Shown here one piece after another: positions 50,865 through 64,000 of a DNA stretch of 64,000 bases. The notes below the pieces were generated by a model. The model ran no database searches. It was not told the DNA's origin and was given only the letters and a program-made list of their open reading frames with translations. Source of the stretch: Glaucostegus cemiculus (Eukaryota); contig CDPCPM010000060.1 in assembly GCA_976551045.1 (NCBI GenBank), forward strand, positions 10,664,001-10,728,000. The letters run 5' to 3'. A program made the translations under genes and the position numbers. Every line of letters starts with the position of its first letter. Position 1 is the first letter of the stretch.

Positions 50865-51280
50865 AATGAAGAGACTGGATAGGCTAGGGCTTTTCTCCCC
50901 TGGAGTGTAACAGGCTGAGGGGTGACCTAATGGAGGCATATAAAATCATGAGGGGCATAGATAAGGTGAATGGTCACAGTCTTTTTCTCAGGTAGGGAGG
51001 TCTACAACTACTGGCATAGGTTTAAGGTGAGAGGGGGAAAAAATTAAAGGGGAGCCGAGGGGCAAGTTTTTCACACAGAGGGTGGTGGGTATATGGAATG
51101 AGCTGCCAGAGGAAGTGGTAGAGGCAGGTACATTTACAATGTTCAAAAGACATTTCGACAGGTACATGGATAGGAAAGATTTAGAGGCATATGGGCCAGA
51201 ATCAGACAAATAGGACTATATCAGGTGGGCACTTTGGTTGGCATAGACAAGTTGGGCCAAGGCAGTTTAACTCTGTGATT
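50865..51280 (+). mobile_element. CR1 LINE 3' fragment
   Basis: RLRGDL.EAYKIMRGIDKV...FFTQRVVGIWNELPEEVV. Confidence 0.9.
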
Positions 51281-51354
51281 AAATTGTCCAACGTTTAAAA
51301 GACACTGTAAGTAAATTTCTGAAAAGTGCAGAAAGCATCAAGGCAGCACGCAAG

Positions 51355-51640
51355 AACACAAGAAATTAGGAGCAGGACTAGGTCACCAGGCCCCTCAAGT
51401 CTGCCTGGCTATTCAATATGATCATGGCAGATCCATACAGATTAACTCCTCTTCTGTGTCAGTCCCCATAATGCTTACTTCCTTGAACTTCCAAATATTA
51501 ATCTATTGCTGCCATAAATATTTTGAATAATCCCCACCACTCTCTGGAGCAGAGAATTCCAGAGATTCACAGCCCTCTGAGAGAAGAAATTTCTACACAT
51601 CTCAGTTTTAAATAATTGGTCCCTTATTTCGTAACCAAGG
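51355..51640 (-). mobile_element. CR1 LINE 3' end
   Basis: CAAGAAATTAGGAGCAGG...ATCATGGC...GAATTCCAGAGATTCAC. Confidence 0.7.
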
Positions 51641-52059
51641 TCCCAAATTCCCCTTCCTAAGTGAAAACTAATGGTATTGGGAAAATTCCGTCACTCTCAC
51701 ATTTACCAGGTTTCATCAGAGTACAAGAGGGCACAAAAGTACTAAATTGCATTCAGGAGAACATTTTTTAACTAGAATGTTGCAAGCCTAACAACAGGTA
51801 AGAGAGGCTGGTATTAGTCTAGACGCAAGGAAGAAGTATTATTGGGAGAGCAGTGATCAGATGCATTTTAAAATAGTTTATATAAATACAATATTACTTT
51901 ATGTTATATGATATTCATTTATATTATTATTACTTATTATATTGTTTATATAATATAAACAATAATTAATTGTTTAAAGTTTCCCCTTACATTTTCTATC
52001 TATTTTCAAAGGAATGGGACCACGTCAGATATGCCAGCTATAGTAGGAAATGGACTGTC

Positions 52060-52150
52060 TGGTCCAGATGAAGGGTCTCGTCTCAAAATGTTGACTCCTT
52101 CCATAGATGCTGCCTGGCCTGATGAGTTCCTCCAGCTTTTTGTGTGTTGC
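52060..52150. repeat. Short Penelope-associated terminal repeat
   Basis: CCAGATGAAGGGTCTCG...AAAATGTTGAC...ATAGATGCTGCCTGGCCTGATGAGTTCCTCCAGC. Confidence 0.75.
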
Positions 52151-52169
52151 TGTGGATATCTTATTTTTG

Positions 52170-52480
52170 GTTTCTTACCAAATAGAAGAAATCCATTTGG
52201 CCAACTCTCAGTCCAATTCTGTGAGTCCCATTCTCCCACTTAGTTCCTTGCAACCTAATCTCTCTCAGCTGCCCATCAACTCAACCTTGATTCTCCTAGA
52301 CCAGGGGTAATTTACAGCAGCCAATTAACCCACCAGCTACATATTTTTAGAATGTGGGAGTAAACCAAAGCACTCGGGGAAAACTGTGGGCACAGGGATA
52401 ATGTGTACTGGAGGACAGGATTGAAGGCAGGTCACATGAGTGGTCAGGCAGCAGCACTACCTGTTGCCCAACAATGCTAC
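52170..52480 (-). mobile_element. Degenerate SINE (HE1/V-SINE-like)
   Basis: GAATGTGGGAGTAAACCAAAGCACTCGGGGAAAAC...GGCAGCAGCACTACC. Confidence 0.6.
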
Positions 52481-52679
52481 GCTAGATCGACTAGATTTTA
52501 AGTTTTCATCAGACTCTGACAAAGCCACCAAAACTTGGGATTGATGACAATTTTGCCATCAGGGAGGAGGCTTAAATGTATCAGGGCAAGAACAATAGCC
52601 ATAAGAACTGCAAACTCTCTCATCCCTCCATCTTCCTTTGTTAACACTAGGAGATGCTAGGTGCACAGAAATGCACCAG

Positions 52680-52920
52680 CACTTTAAATGCCCGACACCA
52701 GCCTGTTCACTTTAAGATCTATTTATGTAAGAACTAATGGTAATGTTTTGTACTGTGTATTCTGCCAAGTGTGTATGTGTCTCTCTGTTGGTTGTTATGT
52801 TATTCTTTTTTTTTTATGAGACGTGTTCCTGTGGAGGACGGTATCTCGCTCCTATGCGTACCATGTATGTATATGGTTGTGACAATAAAACTGATTCTGA
52901 TTCTGATTCTGATTCTGATT
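52680..52920 (+). mobile_element. LINE-type 3' end with (GATTCT)n tail
   Basis: Shares its 3' sequence with the element at 21461-21590. Confidence 0.8.
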
Positions 52921-54874
52921 AGATCTTCATCTGGATGTCACAGAGGCTGGCTGCTGTATCTTACAAAAACATAAATGTGTGAAAAATAGTAAGTAAGACT
53001 TTCTACAAAGATGTCTTTGATGCAAGTTGATAAACTTACAATTTACAATGAAATAATTTTTTCTTAAACCATGAGTTATTGGCATGCAGTTGATCTCAAA
53101 ATATACAGTACCTATATTGCAATTTGATCATATGGTCTCAAAAGTTGAGCTAATTCAGGCTATGAAATGATCGAATGCCGCATCCTTATAAAACGTCAAA
53201 TATCATGAGCACAAACAAAAATTTTTGTAATGCTTAAGTCCAGTGGGTTATTTTCTTGCTGGTATTAGGGTTGTGGACTAATTACAAATCTGTAATGTCT
53301 TGAACTGTTGGGGGAATAGTGTGAATGTAAATCTCTATCAGTAATTGTGTGAATGTGGTGAAGGTGCAGAAGTCTAATCATTGGTGTTCTATGGCAACAC
53401 ATTACCTCATTTCCGATTTGCTGTGTGGCCTCAGGTTTTCAGGTTTAAGTCAGATCAAGTTCAAAAGACCATTTGATCATGTTGTTATTTGCCACTGACT
53501 TTGTTCACAGCAAGTATTTTATCACAATGAAAGTATGAAAAGCAAATGCTTGTCTAAGAGAAAGCATGAGGGATTCGATTGATGTTTAGGCATAAATTCA
53601 ACTCATACAACACCTTAGGTGTGACAGAGCAACAAATCCTATTACAGTAAAAAAACTAAAAGCCTTCCTTGCCTTCCCAGAAACTAGCCCTAAGATAATT
53701 TCCTGTAATAATGTCTAATCTAATCTGCAGCCCTGAAGCTTCACTATAAAATGACATTGCTTTGACTGAAATGTATTATCTGATTTCAATCCCATTTCAA
53801 TTTGCCATTCAGTTATTCTCTATAATTGATTGAATGCTGCAGAATAAAGACTGCAAGGATTCATAATATAAATAGCCATGGATTTCCCATTTGAAAGTAA
53901 ACCTTCTGATAATGCCAAAAGGCACTATATATTGCCTGCTAAATTCTGGGGTGGGAGGAGGTTTGGGTAAAGGATCATCTCTTGGTTTCTCTTATCAGTT
54001 CTTGCTGAAGAAAAGCAGCTGCTTTTAAGTTACACCACATGGTGGCAATCTTGTATAATGCTGCAAGGCAGAAAAATGCAGATACTGGAAATCTGAAATA
54101 AAAATTTCAAAATGCTGGAAATATTCAGCAAGTCATGCAGCATCTGTGGAAATGGAAAGAGAATCTTCCAGATCACTGAGCTTCCATCAGAATGTTATCA
54201 AGATGAAAGTTGATCGTTATCCCAATGCATCCTTTCTTTGTGATTTGCTTCCAAGTTAGGTATTCCTGATCCATAAGTTATCTCAGAAAACTGCAACCTA
54301 CTATCCCAAATACCTGTAAAATTTAGAATGTACCATAACTAAATTGTGTTGATAACCTGGTGGAGCAAATTAGACAATCCCCAAGAACAAAAGGAGGCAT
54401 TTTGGCCTGTTATGACTGTGCCAATGTTGGGGGAATTGTCTAATTTGCTCCAACCCTCCACTTTAGAAGTCAAATAAAGATTTCTGTGAAAAAAAGTTGA
54501 TGGAAATAAATGTTCGTGTTCAGCATGCATAGGTTACTACATTTAACATGGTACTTAGAGGATGAATTGTTATCCTTTGGACTGAAATTAGGAACAGAAA
54601 GAAAGTTAAATCTATAACTGCCCTCTGATGTGAGCTACGAATGGTAGAATATGTAAATGCAGAGAATAGGTAAACCCAGAGCAAAATCTGTTTATTACAG
54701 AGGATTTTAACTTCCATAGATATTGGGATAGGCATACTAGCTCAGATTAGAAAAGTTGTGAATTTCTTGAGCATACTCAGTTTAGTTTCTAACAAGAAAT
54801 ATCCCAGAGGTCATCATTGCAGAGTGGAGCTGCTCAGCAAAATGCTCAACTAAATTGCATTGGCTTTTCCTCTT

Positions 54875-55275
54875 GTAGAGGAGACCAGATCCTCAGCTTC
54901 GAAAGCAGTACACTAGATTGGAAGAAGTGCAAGTAAGTTGTTGTTTCATTGCAAAGTGTTTGGGGCGAAGGAACAAGATTAAAGGTGAAGCGTTGCATTT
55001 CCTGTGGTTGCATGAGCGGGTGCTATGAGAAAGTGAGTGGGTGTTGGAGGCGGAAGAGGGAACCCAAATATCGTGGTCATTTTGGAATGTTGAAAGTGGA
55101 AGGGAAGATGTTTCTAGTGTGGGAACTCGTGGAGAATGATCCATTGAATATGGAGTCTGGTGGTGTGAAAGCTGCAGACAAGGGGAACCCTATCCTTGTT
55201 CTAGGTGAAAGGAGAAGGGGCGAGAGTAGAAGTGTGGGAAATGGAACAGGCACAGTGTGAGCCCTGTCAACTATA
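54875..55275 (-). mobile_element. Degenerate Penelope-like GIY-YIG fragment
   Basis: CNHRKCN...MKQQLTCTSSNLVYCFRS. Confidence 0.75.
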
Positions 55276-55299
55276 GTGAACTAATAGAAAGAGGGTAGG

Positions 55300-56015
55300 C
55301 AGAGATAATGTGAACTTCTTGAATACTGTGATTATCCATAATGTAATTGAAAATAAGCAAATGGTGAACATGCTGAATAATCAATATATACAACAGAGAA
55401 AAAGGATTACTCATTTGATATCCCAAGGAAACTAATATTGAATTAGCAAAAGAGTTGAACCAACATTAACAAAATAAAAGTAACTGTGATGTAGAAAATG
55501 AGGAAAAACAGATCCCTTGGAGAACATAATTTCCATCCTTGGATTTAAACTGAAGAAGGTTAAAATAGTGTAGGTGCCCTAACATAACCTTCCTTGTTTT
55601 GAAGACCATTGCATCTGCCATTGTTCAAGAAATGTGAATGCGGGAAACAGGGGAATTATAGCAGAGCATGTGTTGAAAGCAAATTTCTGGAGTTTATAAT
55701 TAAGTATAGGGAGACTTAAAACCTGGTAGGAGTGGGATACGCCTGATGAACCTAATTTGATTTTTTTTTTAAGCGGTGATTGAAGTATTTGACAAGGGAA
55801 TGTATATGGAAGTTATTTATGTGGACCTTAAGAAGCCCTGATAAAACCCCTTTTAAGAGATGGTAAAATGAAGCTTGAGAGATTGAACTATTAGCCTGGT
55901 AAGGGAATAGGTTGAAAGGTAGGAAACAGAGAATGGAAATCGGGGAATGTATTCCATTTGGCAGGATGCGACCAGTGGAGGTGACCACAAGGATTTTGTG
56001 TTGGGGCTGCAACCA
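55300..56015 (+). mobile_element. Old CR1 LINE, left part (continues at 58160-58990)
   Basis: Decayed RT remnants (VIYVDLKK-like) interrupted by a younger CR1. Confidence 0.6.
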
Positions 56016-56019
56016 TTCA

Positions 56020-58160
56020 TAAGAACATAAGACATAGCAACATAATTAGACCATTCGGCCCTTTGAGTCTGCTCCGCCATTTGATCATGGCTGATTTATT
56101 TTTCCCTCTCAACACCATTTTCCTGCCTTCTCCCTGTAACCTTTGACGCCCTTACCAATCTAGAACCTATCAACCTTTGCTTTAAATATACCCAATGACT
56201 TGGCCTTCACAGCCATCTGTGGCAATGAATTCCACAGATTCCCCATTCTCTGGCGAAAGAAATTCCTCCTCATCCCTGACCTAAAGGGACATCCTTCTAT
56301 TGTGAGGCTGTGCCCTCTGGTCCGAGACTCTCCCACGACTGGAAATGTCCTCTCCATGTTCACTCTATTCAGGCCTTTGAATATTCGGTAGGTTTCAATG
56401 AGGTCCCCTCTCATCCTTCTAAACTTCAGCAAGTACAGGCCCAGAACCATCAAACACTCCTCACACATTAATCCTTTCATTCCCGTGATCATTCTTGTAA
56501 ACCTCCTCTGGACCATCTCCAATGCCAGCACATCCTTCCTTACAAATGGGGCCCAAAACTGCTCACAATACTCCAAATGTGGTCTGACCAATGCCTTATA
56601 AAGCCTCAGCATTATATCCTTGCTTTTATATTCTAGTCCTCTTGAAAGGAATGCTAACATTGCATTTGCCTTTCTTACTACCGACTCAACCTGCAAGTTA
56701 ACCTTTAGGGAATCCTGCACTAGGACTCCCAAGTCCCTTTGCATCTCAGATTTATGAATTCGCTCCTCATTTAGAAAATATTCTATGCCTTTATTCCTTC
56801 TACCAAAGTGCATGACTGTACACTTCCCTATGCTGTATTCCATCTGCCACTTCTTTGCCCATTCTCCCAACCTGTCCAAGTCCTTCTGCAGACTCCCTGC
56901 TTCCTCAACACTGCCTGACCCTCCACCTATCTTTGTATCATTTGCAAACTTGGCTGCAAAGCCCTCAATTCTGTTATACAGATAATTAACATATAATGTG
57001 AAAAGTAGCTCACCCAACACTGACCCCTGCAGAACATCACTAGTCACCAGCAGAACACCAGAAAAGGCCCTCTTTATTTCCACTCTTTGCCTTCTGCCAG
57101 TTAGCCAATCTTCTATCCATGTGAGTACGTTTCCTGTAATAGAATGGGCTCCTGTCTTGTTTAGCAGCATCATGTGCCTTGTCAAAGGCCTTCTGAAAAT
57201 CCAAGTAAACAACATCCACTGACTCTCCTTTGTTTACCCTCCCTTTTACTTCCTCAAAGAATTCCAACAGATTTGTCAGGCAAGATCTCCCCTTAAGGAA
57301 ACCATGCTGACTTCAGCCTATTTTATCATGAGCTTCCAAGTACCCTGAAACTCATCCTCAATAATGGACTCTAACATCTTACCAACCACTGAAGTCAGGC
57401 TAACTGGCCTATAATTTCCTGTCTTTTGCCCCCATCCCTTCTTAAAGAGTGGAGTGACATTTGCAATTCCCCAGTCTTCTGGAACCATTCCTGACTCTAG
57501 TGATTCTTGAAAGATGACTTGTAATGCCTACACAGTCTCTTCAGCTACCTCTTTCAGAACTCTGGGGTATAGTCCATTGGTTCAGGTGACTTATTTATCT
57601 TCAGACTTTTCAGTTTCCCAAGCACCTTTTCCTTAGTAATTGCAACTACACTCACTTCTGCCCCCCCGACTCTCTCAAATTTCTGGCATGTTGCTGGTGT
57701 CTTCCACAGTGAAGTTCCACTACTTCAGTTTGTTCGCCAGTTCTTTGTTCCCCATTCCTACCTCTCCAGTGTCACTTTCCAGCGGTCCGATGTCCACACT
57801 TGCCTCTCTCTTACTCTTTATACGTATATCTGAAAAAAACTTTTGGTATCCTCTTTTATATAATTGACTAGCTTGCCTTCATATTTCATCTTTTCTCCCC
57901 AATTACGTTTTTACTTGCCTTCTGTTGGTTTTTAAAAGCTTCCCAGTCCTCTAGCTTCCCATTAATTTTTGCAATACTGTATGCCCTCTCTGTTGCTTTT
58001 ATGCTGCCTTTGACTTCCCTGGTGAGCCACAGTTGCCTCATCCTCCCTTTAGAATGCTCCTTCTTCTTTGGGATGAACTGATCCTGCGCCTTCCAAATTC
58101 CTCCCAGAAACTCCTGCCATTGCTGCTCTACCGTCATCCCTGCTAGGGTCCCCTTCCATC
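56020..58160 (-). mobile_element. CR1 LINE, 5'-truncated, best-preserved copy; 351-aa RT ORF remnant at 56160-57215
   Basis: QGSVLG, KFANDTKIGG (catalytic ADD mutated), YKALVRPHLEYCEQFWAP, RRMRGDLIETY; (AGAACATA)n tail. Confidence 0.95.
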
Positions 58161-58990
58161 ATACTTATAAACAAATTAAATGAATGGATAAAGTCCACAG
58201 ACCAAATTGGCCAATGATACAAAGACAGGATGCGTTCAGTGTGGATGGTACCATTGATCTAACAAGAAATATTCATGGACCGAGTAACTGGCGAAACTGG
58301 AAAATGTAGGCAAAGTGAGATCATATTGGCTTTCTAAATAGAGAAGAGTTAGAAGCAGTTGAGGTCTAAAGAGGCTCAGCATCATGTACAAAGATAATTG
58401 TCATGTTATCAACAGGTGTGGAAAATAATCAAATGGATAATGGAGTAGCTGGTGTTTATGTCTGTAACAGTAGAACAGAGAAGACATAATGCTACAGTTT
58501 ACTGAGCCTGGTTAGATAACATGTGGAGTATTATGTTCAGTTCCAGGCACTGGGAGATATATTGGCCTTGGAGGGAATGGACTTTAGATTCCCAGAAGTG
58601 ATTTTTAGAATCCAAGTGTTTAATTATATGGAAAGTTTACACAATTCAGATAATATGGCCTGAAATTTAAAAATCTAGTGGTTGGTTTGATTGAAGCTTT
58701 CCAAAATATTGGAACTGACAGGGTGGATAGAGAGAAACTCTTTCAAATGATGGGAAAGTGTAGGAGAAAGCAACAAATTAGAGTCGGTGTTTCAGGGGTA
58801 ATGTTTTGAAAAAACAATATATGAGGATGGTAGATGGTAGAAGTTTGAAACTTCCTTCTGCAATTGACTCTGGACCAGTTGTTAATTGTAAAACTAACTT
58901 TCATGAAATTTGATAACCAAAGGTATTGAGGCATTTGATGAAAGAGATGAGTAAGATCACAAAGCATATAATATGTCAACAGATTTGTGA
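58160..58990 (+). mobile_element. Old CR1 LINE, right part
   Basis: KLANDTK, LVR.HVEYYVQF and LIEAFQ-like remnants. Confidence 0.65.
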
Positions 58991-61874
58991 AGCTAAATGA
59001 CAGTTCTGTACCTATACTCGATGTTTCTGTGTTTTCCACTCTGTCTTTGTCTTAATGTCTTAGTGTTTCAGCTTTACATTGCTCCGTTTTGTTGGTCTAA
59101 ATTTATTTAAAAAGAGCTGAAGTGCACAATCTTCCATTGTTCAAACTCTCAGCTAATCTTTTTTATGTACTTTCTTTATGCCAAGTTTCACACCAACTCT
59201 TCTATAATAGTCAGAAACTCTTCACAATCTTTGATTTCTGGTATTGATCCAAATCTGTTTCTCAATCCTACTTGAAATTTTGTTCACCTGTCACAACTTA
59301 ATTTTGTGATTATGCTTTCACTGACTGATTCCAACGTAGACAGATCAGTTAAAATATTTATAACAAAGACTCTGATTCCCTTAACATTTAACAACATCTT
59401 TGTCTGTGGTTTTGGTTCATGAGTAATGACTGATGTTACAAAGAAGATCAAGTGGTTGTCTGAAAAGCACCATGTTGATAATCACACAGAAGGAAAATGT
59501 GCAAGAGCACAATTATATATAAGTGATTCTTTTTCAAGATTTAAGCGATGTGCTATTTCTTTGCTGAAATTATCCAACCACCAGCTGCTGAATTCAGGAT
59601 GCAGATACCCAATATACCCATATTTTTACTGAAATAAAACAGAAAATACATGTGTAGAGAGAGCAGAGTTAACATTTTACAACAATGATCTTTCATCAGT
59701 AATTTCTTTTTGAATCATATGTATACCGACTTTCATCTTCACTTATCTGATAGTATTGTGCCATACAAAGTCCTGGGCCTCACTATTCAGATCCGGCTGG
59801 ACATAGGTACCAAGTCAACATCAGTGGATTTCATAGCGGAGGTTCCATAAATGGTGTGTTTCTCAGCAGCAAGTGTGGGTGGTTTGCTGCTGGCAGCAAG
59901 TTCTGGTCATAATGGTTAGTCTGTTACTCCGCTGTGAAAATGATGGACTCACCAAATGTAGATAACCTTCCAGCTGATGCTTGACCTGTTTTTCTTATTG
60001 TACTGATACAAATAAAAATGCCAACCTAAGCAGAGAATCTGTGATCTGAGATAAGTAGTGTGATGCAGATGCCTCGATGATGCCAGATAAATTGTTGTGT
60101 TTCTGAATGATATTGACTTGAGACAAAGAAGGTTAATGTTCTGGTGAACTTCACATTGACAGGGACAACATGACTTCCAAAAGTGTTGGCTTTAAATTTT
60201 GCTTCTGAATGCCAAAACAGACTTAATACTGTATTCTACTTGCGCTTTTTCCTTTACCAAACTTGGGGGGAAGAAGGATTTCCTTTTTAACAAAGGTTGT
60301 GATTAAGGACATGTTCACTGTATCTCCCAGCAAAGGTTGAGGATGAGGAACTTGTTGACCATATATTCCATTATGAGCATTAAAACCTAGAGAAACCATG
60401 GGTGTAAATTAACAACAATGCTGTATGCTACTCATAAGTTTTGTGGGTTAATGTCAGAGTCTGGAAATTTATGAACATCAGCAGGTGTTTTGCTAATGTG
60501 AGCTCCTCTGATTCATTTATCTACCAAGTGGCAGTTGAAGATCAGTACTTTCCTGACTCGATATGAAATTTGATCAGTTTGCTTATTCACTGTATTCATT
60601 ATCAATCACTCTTCCAATCACCATTTCCTGAATCCTTCTTTTGTAACAAACCACAGCCAGCAGAAGCACACAAACACAACTGATGAATTACAACTTTGGA
60701 CAATCACTTTTTAACTCAGCTTAACTGTCTGTGAACTTAATTAAGACTGTAGCCAAGGCATAGTAAAGCATATACGGTAAATACAGAGGCACGTGATTAA
60801 GCAAGCATCTGTACTGTATGTGTTAAGAACTGAATCAATACGATGAGCTTTACATAGCATGAGTTACAATCAGTTTTGCTATTTTCAGTGAAGTGAGGTT
60901 GCTGTTTCTGTTTGATAATAATCAGTAAAATATTTTAAGGATCTGTCTTTGGTTATGAATAGGATATAATGATTAATATATTAAATTGAAGTGTTGGAAA
61001 ATGTAATTGGAAAGAAACTAATATGAATATTTCAGCTCTTCTCCATTCCTAGCCACAAAAGTCACATACTTATAAAGCATATTAATGTCTGTTATGACAC
61101 ATTTTTGATTATAATAGTTTATCGATTTCCATCCTCACTGAAGGATGATTGTGATTTTTAAACTCCACTGATCTTTCTGCACAATGAGTGAGAGTGCTCT
61201 CATGTTTGAACTTATGCTTTGTTGACTTGAAAACCTTTGTTCTGGACTGTAGTCTCTAGTCTAGTGTAGGTATTTAACAAAATGCAGTTGAGATATATGT
61301 AGAAGTTGTATATCTAATGGCTCTGAAAAGATGCTTAATGTTAATAGAAAATTTCTATGTTGCCTTAATGTAGGTTTAATATGAGTAATTTGAATCAGTC
61401 AATGCATTCTTTGGTGCAGCAAGTGTTTCTAGTGTAAGGAAAGCTTATATTGAGGAATGAAGGTAGGATTAGGGTTAGAATAGGAAGAGGACTGAAAGAA
61501 TCATCATTTAAAGAAAGGGAGAAGGTTTTGGAGAAACATAATAGGCAGACTCATTGGGAACTCCATGCCAACTCCTGAAGATCTCTCCCAGGAGTCTCAC
61601 AGTGCTGCAGACACAGAAATGAGCCTGAATGACAGGCTACAACCTTGTAAGTTTTGGGGTGGTTTGATCAGCAGGAGATAGTGAGGATAGTTGGAGGGAG
61701 GTGGGGCTTGGTTGCCTGGAGGCTGGAATTTGATGTGGAAAACTGGAAGTCATTTTTTTCCCCACACCCGTTTTGAATCTTGGACACCACATTTGTGCTT
61801 TATTTAACGGTGCAGAACCACTACCTAGAAGTAAGCCTGTTGATTAGCTTGGCATCCAATCAGTAGGTGGATTG

Positions 61875-62540
61875 AGTTAGGGTATGAGTTGTTTATAGAC
61901 TGTTATCTTGTTAAGACTCGAGAGTGAGGGGGACAGACAGGAGACTTTGTGGCCGCAGAAGAGACACCAGGATGGTGTGTTGCCTCCCGGCTGCCAGGGT
62001 CCAGGATTTCTGTGAGCGGCTGCAGAAAATCCTTGAGCAGGAGGGCGAACAGCCAGAGCTCGTTGTACATGTTGGTACAAACAACATAGGTAGAACAAGG
62101 GATGAGGTCCTGCAGAATGAGTATAGGGAGTTAGGTAAGAAGTTAGGAAGCAGGACCTCGAGGGTAGTGATTTCTGGATTACCCCTGGTGCCACGTGCTA
62201 GCAAGGTCAGAAATAGAAAGAGAGGCCGGATGAATTTGTGGCTGAGGGGTTGGTGCAGGCGGGCAGAGATTCAGGTTCTTAGACCAACAGGATCTCTTCT
62301 GGGGTAGAGGCAAACTGTACAAGAGGGATGGACTGCACTTGAACCAGAGAGGGACCAATATCTTTGCAGGGAAATTTGCCAATGCTACACAGGAGGGTTT
62401 AAGCTACATTTTCAAGGGGGTGGGACTCTGAGTAGGGGGAAGTCATGGGATTAAGTACTAGCCAGTGAGAGCAAGTTTAGTAATCAGGATAGCCGGGGTA
62501 CAGTAAAGGGAGGGAATAGAATTGCATTTAGGGAATGCTG
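61875..62540 (+). mobile_element. CR1 LINE ORF1 fragment (SGNH/GDSL esterase domain)
   Basis: RMVCCLPAARVQD...LVVHVGTNNIGR...RVVISGLPLVPRAS, followed by the DGLHLN..G motif in another frame. Confidence 0.9.
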
Positions 62541-64000
62541 GGGTTCTAACTTTTTTAACATAACACAAATGTAATTGAAATGATCGTTTTAGGGACTATG
62601 GGGCCATAAATAAAGATATAGTGTGCTTATATGGTTTTGGAGAAATTTAACCTTCCAGGAATTTAATAACAGTATTAATATAATATTCTCTAGGTTGCAT
62701 CCAGACCAGATGATGAAAGGTTTGAGTTCCACAGCTATCTGTAGCTTAATCGTTGACTAGCTTGGAAGAACAAGTGTGTTAGTATGACAGAACAACCAAT
62801 CGAATGAATGGTAAGCAAATATACAATTGTAACTTCAATTGAGTGGTTGTAGACTGTCAATAGTATACATGCAAATGTATTTTGATCCACTGTACCGCAG
62901 GGTGAATGAAAGAAAGGCACATAACAACAAATGGCTCCTTGAGGAAAATAAAGGAAAATTAAGACATGAATAAATATGAAAACTTTAAAATGTTTATAGA
63001 TCACTGCAAAATGAATAATATATTCTTCCAGACTAATATATTGTCATGAAATAGTTCTTGTTTATTTATTTATGGGTTGCAGTTTTCACTGACGAGGCCA
63101 ACCTTTATGTTTATCCCTTTTCTTGTGTATATCACTAGGTACTGCTATTTTTTTTCTTAAATAGAAAATGGAAAATTTTACAAAGCTGTTATATTTTATG
63201 AGTTTTTGTCACTATTTATAAAGGCTATCCTATAAAATCATGTTGAGTATTGGTAGAATAGTTGGTCTGGTACTGCTTTAAATCAGGACCTATGAGTCAG
63301 CTACTCAATTTTCCATAGGGCTTAGTGCTTAAGGTTGAGTTATGTTCTAGCAAGAAGCTTATTTCTAATAACTATTTGGAAAGGTAGGGCCAAAATGGGT
63401 GAGGACCTTGCTTTCTTGTCTTGCAGATGTTTATATGTGGTGGACAGGTTGAGGGGTAGGTAGGGAAATGACAGCTAAAAAATAGTTCGATGTTGAGAGG
63501 AAAATAAAGTCCAGGCAGCTGGTTCACCTTGGCCTCCTTGTGTCTTTTTCTCTAATGTTTTTGGCTGTCTGGTTGACCAAGGAAAATAATTGATGTGGTC
63601 ATTTAAATGACATATTTGAACCAATTATTAATGTTGGGAGCATTGTGTTTGAAAAAAATACTTCTGGATTTGGCATTTTTTTAATCAGTATGTTAATTTG
63701 TTGTTGATGGAGATGATTTCTTATTAAATCTTATCTGAAAGTTGCTAATTTTGTGTGGATGTCCCACTGTTCGCCATTTCCAATGAAATACCTGCAGCAT
63801 CTTTAAACACAAAACATTTGAAGAATTATCCATATCTTTAGCCACCATATTTCTGTCCCAGTTGCCTCATTGCAAGTAAGTAGAAAGAAAATCTGTCTTC
63901 TGGATGCTTTTCATTCTTCTCCAATGACCCCATGCTTTGAGAATCTTTGAGGCAGAAATTTGTTTTTGGTTGTTTGCACTAAACACACATATATATTAGT

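Noticed and set aside
56160-57215. 351-aa ORF as a host or domesticated gene
   Set aside because: 5'-truncated CR1 RT with a frameshifted N-terminus and a mutated catalytic motif (FANDTK).
61924-62307. Esterase-like ORF as a metabolic gene
   Set aside because: It is the SGNH domain typical of CR1 ORF1 and is frameshifted before DGLH.

Overview
AT-rich, CpG-depleted vertebrate genomic DNA. The repeat content (V-SINE-type tRNA SINEs, CR1, Rex1/Babar-like, RTE and Penelope-like retroelements) suggests a cartilaginous fish such as a ray or shark; this is inference. The only host gene I can support is a complete spliced IFTAP (C11orf74/NWC) on the + strand: a CpG-rich promoter and non-coding exon at about 1.2-1.8 kb, then five coding exons (17633-17756, 18042-18178, 28992-29058, 34799-34932, 36277-36450) that join in frame to 211 aa, including one GC-AG intron. 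In jawed vertebrates IFTAP/NWC is the third gene of the RAG locus, with its promoter inside the RAG2 intron, so this window is probably the RAG2 5'-flanking region. No RAG coding sequence is present, but a minus-strand splice acceptor ends exactly at base 1. The most notable items are: two oppositely oriented ZNF143/Staf sites plus an RFX X-box in the promoter; a heavily decayed EnSpm/CMC-like transposase relic in intron 1; a dense RUNX/E-box cluster 3' of IFTAP (candidate RAG enhancer); and a young non-autonomous retroelement carrying a 36-bp minisatellite. Family assignments come from motif recognition by eye, with no database searches, and repeat boundaries are approximate.
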